DNA of 45,903 bases from Candidatus Shapirobacteria bacterium (GTDB taxonomy: Bacteria > Patescibacteriota > Microgenomatia > UBA12405): contig CAIKAI010000128.1 of assembly GCA_903825325.1 (NCBI GenBank), positions 1-45,903 of the forward strand, written 5' to 3'. Both the position numbers and the translations under genes were made by a program. Below are positions 26,185 to 34,774 of this stretch, piece by piece. Under the pieces are notes generated by a model. That model saw only the letters and a list, made by a program, of their open reading frames with translations, ran no database searches and was not told the origin of the DNA. Within the stretch, counting starts at the first letter, position 1; the number at the start of each line of letters is the position of its first letter.

Positions 26185-26714
26185 AAAATAAACAAGCTTT
26201 TACTTTGGTAGAAATGGTGGTAGTCGTGGGTGTTCTGGGATTAATTATGTCGGCGGTGGTGGGTATTTTAGCCAATGCGTTTCGGGCGAAAAATAAAGTG
26301 TCGGTGACGGACGTGACGGAACAGGTGGGCGGGCAAACCATTAATGAGTTAAAAAATGATATTATTTCGGCTTTGGGGGCAGGAATGAGTTGTATCAGTT
26401 CCCCGGATATTTCGGCGGATACCTTGACCTACACCAGTAGTCAGGATGGTGGAGTAACCACATTGACTTGTGTTGAGGGGGCGGGCATTGCTTCGGCGTC
26501 GGCCAATGGCACATATGATTTGACAGGCAATAGCGTTAAAGTGTCAGGATGCAATGATTTTGCGCGCTGTGTCCTCTACCCCGGTTCGGCAGATCGGGTG
26601 GCCGCAGTCAATTTTAGTTTTACGGTATCTTCAGGAACGACGAGCGCCAGTGGCGGAGGAGTAGATATGGCTGTCGGGCGAAAGTTTCAGTCGACAGTAA
26701 CGGTGCGAAATTAA
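26181..26714 (+). CDS. minor pilin-like protein with Ala at -1 (A|FTLVEM)
   Basis: MKNKQAFTLVEMVVVVGVLGLIM, with an ATGA overlap with the previous gene. Confidence 0.7.
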   Translation: MKNKQAFTLVEMVVVVGVLGLIMSAVVGILANAFRAKNKVSVTDVTEQVGGQTINELKNDIISALGAGMSCISSPDISADTLTYTSSQDGGVTTLTCVEGAGIASASANGTYDLTGNSVKVSGCNDFARCVLYPGSADRVAAVNFSFTVSSGTTSASGGGVDMAVGRKFQSTVTVRN

Positions 26715-26822
26715 TTGCGGAGATATTATCGGTTGGAAACAATTTGTATTCTTTTTTCCGTTTTTACTAGGATGACCCGAGGTTTGTATACATGTGTATT
26801 GGGTACGTATGAATATTATAGG

Positions 26823-26851
26823 TTGATTATTTAATTTAATTTGTGTATAAT
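26823..26851 (+). promoter_or_regulatory. sigma70-type promoter TTGATT-17-TATAAT
   Basis: TTGATT at 26823-26828, an exact 17-nt spacer and TATAAT at 26846-26851, located in the 150-nt gap after the pilin block. Confidence 0.55.
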
Positions 26852-26878
26852 GCTCTATACTAATTATTGAAATTTGTG

Positions 26879-28588
26879 ATGACAAGAAACTTTGATAATT
26901 TGAATTTTGGAAAAGCGGCTCCTCCCTCATTAGAAGAATTGTCGAAAAATCAACCCCCAACACTTAGAGGGCTTTTGCGTGAGCATAAAAAGGCAGTGAC
27001 CGTTTTACACGACTCAATTGAGGAAGGCGGAATACCGCTAAATAAAAATACACTGGCGGTAGCTTTAGGAGTTGCAGGCATTATTGGTACTGCAATATAT
27101 GCAGGAAGTGTGCCGACTGATGTCGTGCACGCAGCTGGGTTGCCCTTTATTGGCGGTCACGCAGCATCAGTTGGAAGTGGAGCGGGATTACAAGGAATGG
27201 TTCCAAATTTTGGATTAGATAAACCAGTGTCAACTACGGTAATTCCAGGAATTGACAATCCAGTTGGAAAATATTTTGCCGATGCTTACGGTCCAAATGT
27301 GTCCGATGTTGATAGTTTGGTGATAGAAGGGACAGTTATTCGACCAAATGACGGAATTTTTCACTCGGATAGTGCGGCAATGTTGGATATTAGAGCTTTG
27401 GGAGTAGTAAAAGATAAGGATGGATCAATTAGCATTATGGGATTAACAGAAAGAGACTTTTTTAGTGGGGTTGAATTAGCTCGTTCGGGAAATAAATTAG
27501 CCATCTTACCTTTAATTCTTCAAGACACTAGTGTTGGAGTAAATATCAACGGAAAGTTCCGAGAGTTATATAAGTTACCGCCAGAAAATAGTGGCAAACA
27601 GGCAAATGGGGGCGATCAATTGGCGTCGTTTTTAAAGGGTGATCCTAAACCAATTCCAGAAGGAACCCCTGAATCAAAGTCTACAGGAACCCCAGCACCT
27701 GATGGAACACCCGTTGTCAAAGCGACGAATAGTCCAGCCGGTACGATTGATGGTACTTCGACGGCGCAGCCAACGGCAAAAGCGACTAACGAAGCAGTGG
27801 TTACTCAAGATATTTCTAAATTACCGGCCGACATTCAAAGTATTGGTCCGGATGCAAAGTATTTTCAAATTCAACCTGATAAAAGCATTATTGATACTCG
27901 TGATGGATCGACAGCGTATGACAAGGATGGAAAATTGGTGGAGTTTAAATATGGAAATTGGGTTGACGGAGTGGCTGGATTGGAAAACACACCGATGAAT
28001 GGAACAAGATGTATACTTGAAAAGTCAGCATGCGTTAAACCTTTTATTTCACCACTATATAAGGGATTAAGTGTTTATAGAGTAGATTCAGTTTCAACTG
28101 GAGCGTTTATTAGAAAGCCCATGATCGACCCAAATAATGGAACAGAATTTGCTAAGTCGGCAGATTTTGTAATAATGAAAACTTTATCAAACAAAGGTGA
28201 ACCAATGTTGTTTGACATGCCGGTGCAAATATTAGAGCCACAACATGGAGTAGGGAACTTCGCTGCTACAGGTTATCTAATAGGTAATTTGGAAACAGGA
28301 AAGTTTGGCGTAAGTAATTATAACGAAATATCACTAAAGGAAGTTATAAATCTTTTCAAGGCAGGTACTGAGCTCGATTTGTGTGTGATTCCAAAATTGT
28401 TTGGAACTCAAAATTTTCCTGATGGTGTTCCAAAAAATCCACCACCAATATACTATATTGAGACAATTAGGTTCTATTTGAACGCTGACTACAGAAATAA
28501 TTTGCTGTCATTTTTAAACGGATCGGCTGACTATACAAAGATAAATGCTGAAAAAAGGCCAAAGATATTTTTTTGGGGCAACTGGTAA
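26879..28588 (+). CDS. hypothetical single-pass membrane protein (about 570 aa) inside the pilus locus
   Basis: One TM (LAVALGVAGIIGTAIYAG) after a roughly 55-aa cytoplasmic head, a large ectodomain and a P/T/G-rich linker. The start could be ATG 26879 or the track's TTG at 26867. Confidence 0.7.
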   Translation: MTRNFDNLNFGKAAPPSLEELSKNQPPTLRGLLREHKKAVTVLHDSIEEGGIPLNKNTLAVALGVAGIIGTAIYAGSVPTDVVHAAGLPFIGGHAASVGSGAGLQGMVPNFGLDKPVSTTVIPGIDNPVGKYFADAYGPNVSDVDSLVIEGTVIRPNDGIFHSDSAAMLDIRALGVVKDKDGSISIMGLTERDFFSGVELARSGNKLAILPLILQDTSVGVNINGKFRELYKLPPENSGKQANGGDQLASFLKGDPKPIPEGTPESKSTGTPAPDGTPVVKATNSPAGTIDGTSTAQPTAKATNEAVVTQDISKLPADIQSIGPDAKYFQIQPDKSIIDTRDGSTAYDKDGKLVEFKYGNWVDGVAGLENTPMNGTRCILEKSACVKPFISPLYKGLSVYRVDSVSTGAFIRKPMIDPNNGTEFAKSADFVIMKTLSNKGEPMLFDMPVQILEPQHGVGNFAATGYLIGNLETGKFGVSNYNEISLKEVINLFKAGTELDLCVIPKLFGTQNFPDGVPKNPPPIYYIETIRFYLNADYRNNLLSFLNGSADYTKINAEKRPKIFFWGNW

Positions 28589-28599
28589 ATGGTTAAATC

Positions 28600-28628
28600 T
28601 TGACCGAAAGATAATTTGTGTGTAGACT
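28600..28628 (+). promoter_or_regulatory. promoter-like TTGACC-17-TAGACT, 6 nt upstream of the ATG at 28635
   Basis: The spacing is exact; the -10 matches 4 of 6 positions. Confidence 0.35.
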
Positions 28629-28634
28629 GATTTA

Positions 28635-29231
28635 ATGAATTGGCAGAAGTATCTGAAGATTAGCTTGGTTATATTTGTACTGGTTTTGATTGGCGGTTAT
28701 GTTTATCTACGAATGAAAGGGATGTGGGTAACGGTGGTGGTTAAAGGTAAAAAAATTATGGTTGGTGCGGTGCCGACGGCTGAACCGGTTAAGGTTCAAC
28801 AAGCCTTTACCGTCTTAACCGAATCAAATGTTTATGGAGCCAAGGTGCGCGAACCAAAATTTGTTCATGATCGATGGATTACAGGGATTGACGGTAATGC
28901 TATTACGGCGATGGACGATGCCGGCAACAAAGCCCAATATTTATGGCAAGGGTCGACGGCTTACTATTGTCAATCGACTGGTTGGCTGTCGCCAAACGTT
29001 CCCGTGCCCAACAAACCAGAAGATTTGGCACCATTTCGTTTTTTCTTTTATGGTGATGGACCGAGAGGGGTTATGGGTGCTGATGGTCTGAGTACTTTGA
29101 TGAAAGATTTTACTGGGCAGAATTTAATTAAATTATATTTGGAGACCGAGCAAAAAGATGAAACAGGAAAATATACGTTGGTGGGGGTAGTGATGTTCCC
29201 CCGGGAAACTTGTTTTGGAGGACAGCAATGA
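28635..29231 (+). CDS. hypothetical membrane-anchored protein (198 aa) inside the pilus locus
   Basis: N-terminal TM ISLVIFVLVLIGGYVYL and an ATGA overlap with the next gene. Confidence 0.7.
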   Translation: MNWQKYLKISLVIFVLVLIGGYVYLRMKGMWVTVVVKGKKIMVGAVPTAEPVKVQQAFTVLTESNVYGAKVREPKFVHDRWITGIDGNAITAMDDAGNKAQYLWQGSTAYYCQSTGWLSPNVPVPNKPEDLAPFRFFFYGDGPRGVMGADGLSTLMKDFTGQNLIKLYLETEQKDETGKYTLVGVVMFPRETCFGGQQ

Positions 29232-32200
29232 GACTAATTGTAAAGTCATTTATAATTTGTTGCTTTTTTTTGGCTATTTTTTTATTCTCGAACGGTAGAA
29301 TAGAAGCACAGAATAATAATCCTGGATCAGGAAATGTGTGTACTTCGAACTGTTCAGTGTCGCAAGCACTTAACTCGGGGAATGGAGTCGGGAGTTTTAC
29401 TGGGCAAAGTTATTCAGTAAATGTAAATACAAATGGTGGTTGCGGCGGAGCAAGTTGCGGTCAAACTTATGTTGTTGGATATTATCAAGGGACTAATGGA
29501 CTTAATGCAGTTGGAACAGGGGGTGGAAGCAGTAGTACCTGTTTTCCCAAGGGAACTAAGGTAACCTTGGCAAATGGCATTAAAAAAAATATTGAAGAAG
29601 TAAAAGTTGGTGATGAGGTGGTTGGTGGTGGTCGGTCGATTTCAAAGGTGGCCGGTCTGCAAACGCCTATTAGCGATAATTTATGTCAAATAAATTTGGA
29701 AAGCGGAGATAATTTAAAACTAACCCGAAACCATTCAGTATATTCGAATAAAGGTTGGAGTGCGATTTCGCCTGATTTAGCTCTCAAAGAAAATCCTAGT
29801 TTAACGATTTTGCCCTTAGTTGCCGGTGATAAAGTGATGAGAGAAAGTGGGCAGTGGGATCAAATAAAAAGTATTGCTTGTCAAAGTGAAGCAATTCAAA
29901 CATACAATTTAATGTTGGGTAATGGTTCGCACTCTTATTACGCTGATGGCGTATTGGTTCATAATAAGGCGGGAAGATGTCCAGGTGGTTGCTGTACCAA
30001 CAATAATTGTGGTGAATGCGGCAACCCCCCTTGTTGCGATGCTAATTTATGGGGGTCATGCGGAGGAACTTTGGCTAATTGTACTCAGCAAAATAATTGT
30101 GGCACGGTGCGATCGTGTGCTCCGGTAATGTGTAATGTTGCCCCAGTCATTAATTCAGTGACAATTAGTAATGTTGGGGGAACATTGTTGACCGCCGATG
30201 CTTATGGCCGTAATCAAATTTGTGATGATTTAATTCGTAACAGCGCAGCCTCGAGAACCGTCAGATTTACTGTTAATGCCACAGATGCAAACGGAGGCAT
30301 GGACGTGGGTACTAGTTCGGGGGGAATGACATTGATTTGGAATGGCAAGGGAATTACCATTCCCCAATCTACTTTTAAAATTAATGGAAATAATGTGAGT
30401 GGAACAGCGGTGGTTTTGTTTACTAGCGCCGACAACAATAAGACAACAATCGATTTGGGAAACACGGTTACTTATTCCAATTATGCGTCCTACCAGACCG
30501 ATGCTAATACGGTGAGTTTTTGGCATTTAGATTCGGCTTCAGGGACAAATTTTACTGATGCTTCGAATAAGACGAACACTGCCACAGGTTTTGGTACGGG
30601 AATTAGTGTCGGGGTGAGTGGAATTATTAATAATGGTCGAACTTTTGTTTATGACAATTCAAATTATTTAGAGGCTTCAAAATCCAATGTGGGTGATTTT
30701 GCGGCTGGCCAAGATTTTACGGTTGAAGCTTGGGTTAATTCCGCGCTGGAGCAGTTTACCGATTATGAGCCGTCGGTCGTTTCAAAATGGAACTATGACG
30801 CCACAAATGGCTGGACGGGTTGGGGTTTGTATTTTGCCGATGCCCTCCAGAACGGTCCAGCGTATCCATATTTTGAGGTTTATCATAATAACGAAGCTTA
30901 TTGGGCCGAGGCAGATACAGTGATTAACGATGGCCGGTGGCATCATTTGGTGGGGGTGCGAACTGCCTCTAACATTTATCTATATATTGATGGTGTTCAA
31001 GCGGCAGTAACAGCGGCACCATCAATTGATGTGTCGGTACCCAGCAATCCGATTCGAATTGGTGTCGATCAAGGGTCAGAGAGAGGCTCTTATTTTGAAG
31101 GCATAATTGACGAGGTGAGGATTAGCAATGTAGCCAGAAGTGCCGCGGAAATTAAACAGGCGTTTAATTATGGTAATGCGCTGAACATTGCCTTAAACGA
31201 AAATGATGTGACGGCGATTGTTTACGATCAATGGGGAACGAGTGATATCAATAACTCGAGGAACTTTAAGGTGTGGGACTGTCAAATTCCGGTGACGGGA
31301 ACAATGTTTGATAGTAGCGATGTCTTATTGGGCGCAGTTTGTTCGACCGGAGTTGGGTTTAGAAATCCGGCACCGGCGTCAATGAATTTTCAATCGGTGG
31401 GAGTATCTTTAGTCTCCCCTTTTGGAAGCACTATGCTGCCGACATCGAGCGTAAATACTTATGGCCCGTTTACTTTAACTTGGGGTGGGACATTTAAAAT
31501 CCAACCAAATCCAGATTTATCAGCCAATAATCTAGTGACTCGATGGATAAATGTGGGGGGGATTGGCACGACTTATTGTGGTCCACAACAAAATTTAGCG
31601 ACGATGGTTGACCCTTACGACGATACTCCCGGTTTGCAGGTGGATTTTTCAGCGATTAGATTTCAAGACCCATGGTTTCAAGTGGTGGGTGGAGGTGTTC
31701 AAGCTAAGGGAAGTTTGGCAAATATGGTGCCTCTGACCTGTGTGGCGAATTCGGCGATATGTACTCCGGCGATGTCGATATCTTCAGGAGTGGGAGTGAG
31801 TGATGGTGGATTAATTTCAGGAAATCCAGTTACCAATCGTTCAGGTTGTTCGATTGATGGTGCGAGTCCATTATGTTTTTACAGCAAACCATCAAACTGG
31901 GGAGTTAATGCATCGATTCTAAATTCGAACGACCAATATGGCTATCAAACGGCGTATTCAACAGTGGTGCAATCGCTAGGAATAGGAATGACCTTAAACA
32001 GCGGAGCCAAAATGTCGGATTTGGGAGCAGGGGCGACTGGCGTCTACTTGGTCAACGGCGACTTTATGGTTGATATTAATAACGTCGTACCTGTGGGTAG
32101 TTATTTAATGATAATCGCCAAAGGGACGATTACAATTGCAAGTACTGTTACCAGTACCGCAGGCGTTTTTGTGGGTGATTTAGGAGTCATCACGGCGGCA

Positions 32201-32395
32201 GCGACAACAGATAATGCATTAACTATAAATGGAATTTTATATTCCGGTTTTGGGAACATCAGACTAAATCGAGGTTTCTTAACCATTATTAACAACAATA
32301 CTAAACCGGCGGTAACCATAAAATATCGGCCTGACTTTATTTTTAGCTTACCGGGTAATTTATTTAAAATAGTCAGGGGGTTTAGACAATTATGA
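29228..32395 (+). CDS. secreted multidomain protein: Hint (bacterial intein-like) domain + Cys-rich module + LamG/concanavalin-like lectin domain + large C-terminal region
   Basis: I take the ATG at 29228 (ATGA coupling); signal peptide MRLIVKSFIICCFFLAIFLFSNGRIEA. Hint blocks are CFPKGTKV (29540), TRNH and VLVHN (ends 29965). A 13-Cys stretch spans 29978-30134. LamG-like sequence spans roughly 30506-31165 (...DGRWHHLVGV...LYIDGV...FEGIIDEVRISN). Confidence 0.8.
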   Translation: MRLIVKSFIICCFFLAIFLFSNGRIEAQNNNPGSGNVCTSNCSVSQALNSGNGVGSFTGQSYSVNVNTNGGCGGASCGQTYVVGYYQGTNGLNAVGTGGGSSSTCFPKGTKVTLANGIKKNIEEVKVGDEVVGGGRSISKVAGLQTPISDNLCQINLESGDNLKLTRNHSVYSNKGWSAISPDLALKENPSLTILPLVAGDKVMRESGQWDQIKSIACQSEAIQTYNLMLGNGSHSYYADGVLVHNKAGRCPGGCCTNNNCGECGNPPCCDANLWGSCGGTLANCTQQNNCGTVRSCAPVMCNVAPVINSVTISNVGGTLLTADAYGRNQICDDLIRNSAASRTVRFTVNATDANGGMDVGTSSGGMTLIWNGKGITIPQSTFKINGNNVSGTAVVLFTSADNNKTTIDLGNTVTYSNYASYQTDANTVSFWHLDSASGTNFTDASNKTNTATGFGTGISVGVSGIINNGRTFVYDNSNYLEASKSNVGDFAAGQDFTVEAWVNSALEQFTDYEPSVVSKWNYDATNGWTGWGLYFADALQNGPAYPYFEVYHNNEAYWAEADTVINDGRWHHLVGVRTASNIYLYIDGVQAAVTAAPSIDVSVPSNPIRIGVDQGSERGSYFEGIIDEVRISNVARSAAEIKQAFNYGNALNIALNENDVTAIVYDQWGTSDINNSRNFKVWDCQIPVTGTMFDSSDVLLGAVCSTGVGFRNPAPASMNFQSVGVSLVSPFGSTMLPTSSVNTYGPFTLTWGGTFKIQPNPDLSANNLVTRWINVGGIGTTYCGPQQNLATMVDPYDDTPGLQVDFSAIRFQDPWFQVVGGGVQAKGSLANMVPLTCVANSAICTPAMSISSGVGVSDGGLISGNPVTNRSGCSIDGASPLCFYSKPSNWGVNASILNSNDQYGYQTAYSTVVQSLGIGMTLNSGAKMSDLGAGATGVYLVNGDFMVDINNVVPVGSYLMIIAKGTITIASTVTSTAGVFVGDLGVITAAATTDNALTINGILYSGFGNIRLNRGFLTIINNNTKPAVTIKYRPDFIFSLPGNLFKIVRGFRQL

Positions 32396-33189
32396 AAGGT
32401 CAAATTGCATTAATAGTTTTGTTAATTTCGGCAGTGGTAATGACCATTGGTTTGTCAATATCGAAGAAAACCGTGGTGACGACAAATATTGAAACGAGTC
32501 AAGAACAACTAAAACAAGCCTTTAATACGGCAGAATCAGGCGTTGATTATTATTTAGGTACGGGATCAACCACCTTTTCGGCAGTGGACAACAACAGTAC
32601 GGCAAATGTGGTGGTGAATACATTGGGCGGAGGAACGACAGTTAACTTTAATCAATATATTGCTAGTTTTGGAGGCGATAACTTTTGGTTGGTGGGTCAT
32701 TTGGGCGATGGATCAATTGATTTCGCGACATATTATCCGGGGACGGCGCTTAAACTTTGTATTTCGACTGATATGGTGGGGGCAGTAAAAGTTGACTATT
32801 TTTATCGAACTGGGGCCAACTATTTGGTGAAACGCCTGGGCTACAATTTATCTAATGACGTCGTTAGCGGATTTAACAATTCACCTAACTTGAATCAAGG
32901 TGGTTGCGTCGCCAATTATCATGAACTAAGTTTGAGCTTGCCGTTGGGTGGAGCCAACATTCCCCTGTTGCTGACAGTTAAGTTGATAAAGTCGGGAGGC
33001 AAAGTTTACTTAACAGGGAGTGGGGAGAATTTTCCGGCACAAGGACTGGTCATTACCTCAACTGGTCGGGTGGGAAATGTTGCCTCGGGCGTAAGTGTAA
33101 ATCGAACAGTAGAAACGAGTCGTTTTTTTGATGTACCTGATTTTCTGATTGAGCCAGTGACCACATTTGGCAATGTGTTGAGTAACTAG
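32392..33189 (+). CDS. PilX-N-like pilus-associated protein (tentative)
   Basis: The N-terminus MKGQIALIVLLISAVVMTIGLSIS resembles the PilX N-terminal hydrophobic segment. There is an ATGA overlap with the upstream gene. Confidence 0.45.
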   Translation: MKGQIALIVLLISAVVMTIGLSISKKTVVTTNIETSQEQLKQAFNTAESGVDYYLGTGSTTFSAVDNNSTANVVVNTLGGGTTVNFNQYIASFGGDNFWLVGHLGDGSIDFATYYPGTALKLCISTDMVGAVKVDYFYRTGANYLVKRLGYNLSNDVVSGFNNSPNLNQGGCVANYHELSLSLPLGGANIPLLLTVKLIKSGGKVYLTGSGENFPAQGLVITSTGRVGNVASGVSVNRTVETSRFFDVPDFLIEPVTTFGNVLSN

Positions 33190-33206
33190 GTGGATATGTT
33201 TATACT
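33178..33206 (+). promoter_or_regulatory. promoter-like TTGAGT-17-TATACT, 6 nt upstream of the pilM ATG
   Basis: The spacing is exact; the -10 matches 5 of 6 positions. Confidence 0.4.
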
Positions 33207-33212
33207 GATAGT

Positions 33213-34241
33213 ATGAACGATGTTTTTGGCATTGATATTGGGGTAGGGAGTATCAAATTGGTGGCAATATCCAAGGGAGAGAAAGGTTTGGTGTTGGAGT
33301 CAATTGGTGAGGCGAAATCGCCACGGGTGGCCTGGACAAAAGAAGACAAATCAGGTAAAGCGATTGCCGAGGTGGCAGCGACAATAAAAATGCTGTTGAG
33401 CGATTTAAAGATTAAATCAAAGCAAGTAATCACCAGTTTACCTGAAGATGAAGTGGTTTCGAGATTAATTAGATTGCCACCGCTCAAAGAAAGTGAAGTG
33501 AGAGACGCCTTAAAATTTGAGGCGGAAACCTTTGTCCCCTACCCTTTAGATCAAGTTTCTATTGATTATGAAGTGGTGGAGCAGGACGATGCGGGTCGAT
33601 TAACTGTGTTCGCGATTGCGGCGCGGAACGATTTGATCCAGGCATATATTAAATTATTCAAGATTGTTGGATTGGAATTAGTGGCACTGGAGTCGCCGGC
33701 AGTGGCGATGCGGCGGGCAGTGGCGGAAGCGGTGTCGGCAACAGCGGCGATTATGTTGGTAGACATGGGTGAAAAATACTCTGATTTGGTGAGTATAAAT
33801 GCTAACAAAGTTTATTTTACCCGAGCCATGTCGGTGGGAGGTGAATCGTTAACCAGAGCAATTTCAGTGAATTTAGGTTTAGATATGGCTTCGGCTGAAG
33901 AATATAAACGAGCTTACGGCATGAAAGAAACAGAACTGGAAGGAAAAATTAAAAATTCCATTGGTCCAGTGTTTTCCAGCATGGCCGAAGATATTCGTCG
34001 GGCCTTAGAATCGGCTAGAAATGAACAAGGGAAGGCGGTCGATATGCTAGTCTTAAGCGGCGGTGGGGCAAATTTGCCAGGGCTGGCGGAGGAATTGACT
34101 AGGATTTTGGGAATAGAAGTCCAAGTAATTCAACCATTTATGAAAATGGATGTAAGCCGGATTGTCTTGCCCATTGATTTAACCACTGAAGGTTGTCGTT
34201 TCTCATTAGCAGTCGGGTTAGCTTTAAGGGGTCTAGTATGA
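33213..34241 (+). CDS. pilM: type IV pilus assembly protein PilM (actin-like ATPase fold)
   Basis: FGIDIGVGSIKLVAISK N-terminus, 342 aa, and position immediately before pilN/O-like genes. Confidence 0.85.
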   Translation: MNDVFGIDIGVGSIKLVAISKGEKGLVLESIGEAKSPRVAWTKEDKSGKAIAEVAATIKMLLSDLKIKSKQVITSLPEDEVVSRLIRLPPLKESEVRDALKFEAETFVPYPLDQVSIDYEVVEQDDAGRLTVFAIAARNDLIQAYIKLFKIVGLELVALESPAVAMRRAVAEAVSATAAIMLVDMGEKYSDLVSINANKVYFTRAMSVGGESLTRAISVNLGLDMASAEEYKRAYGMKETELEGKIKNSIGPVFSSMAEDIRRALESARNEQGKAVDMLVLSGGGANLPGLAEELTRILGIEVQVIQPFMKMDVSRIVLPIDLTTEGCRFSLAVGLALRGLV

Positions 34242-34774
34242 GTTTAAACTTACTGCCATCTCAGGCAAAATTTCAAGCTTTAAAAGTTAAACATAAAACT
34301 ATTGCCAATAAGATAATGCTGGCAATGGCAGGTCTTTGGGTATTAATAGCAGTGGTAGTTTTTGGGGCAAATTTTATAATCGGTTTTAAAGTGGCTGACT
34401 CGCAAAAGAAATATAATTCGGTGCTGGCGAGTTTAACCTCTATGGCTAGCGATGTCCAAATTGACCAACAGCTAAAAAATAATGCTAAATTGGTGGGTGA
34501 ATCCTTAAATAGTCGGTTTGAATACGGTAAATCTTTTGAGTTAATTCAGTCATTATTTCCGACTGGGATAATCTTAAACAGATATAATTTGCAGGACAAA
34601 GGGATGTTTGTGGTTGATGGGACAACTACTGGCAAGGCTAATGTTGATAAACTGGAGAATATCGTCAATGAAATTAATAGTGGCAAACGAGAAGGTCTAG
34701 CAAAGTGTCAACTTACCGCTTTGGGGGTAGATAATAATACTTGGAACTTTACTATGGAGGTAGGATTAAAATGA
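34238..34774 (+). CDS. pilN: PilN-like bitopic membrane protein
   Basis: I take the ATG at 34238 (ATGA overlap). It has the MSLNLLP motif followed by a single TM. Confidence 0.65.
   Translation: MSLNLLPSQAKFQALKVKHKTIANKIMLAMAGLWVLIAVVVFGANFIIGFKVADSQKKYNSVLASLTSMASDVQIDQQLKNNAKLVGESLNSRFEYGKSFELIQSLFPTGIILNRYNLQDKGMFVVDGTTTGKANVDKLENIVNEINSGKREGLAKCQLTALGVDNNTWNFTMEVGLK

Noticed and set aside
29540-29965. A canonical protein-splicing intein.
   Set aside because: The +1 residue after the terminal HN is Lys, not Cys, Ser or Thr. There is no homing endonuclease, and the host is a secreted adhesin-like protein. A BIL/Hint autoprocessing domain is the better reading.
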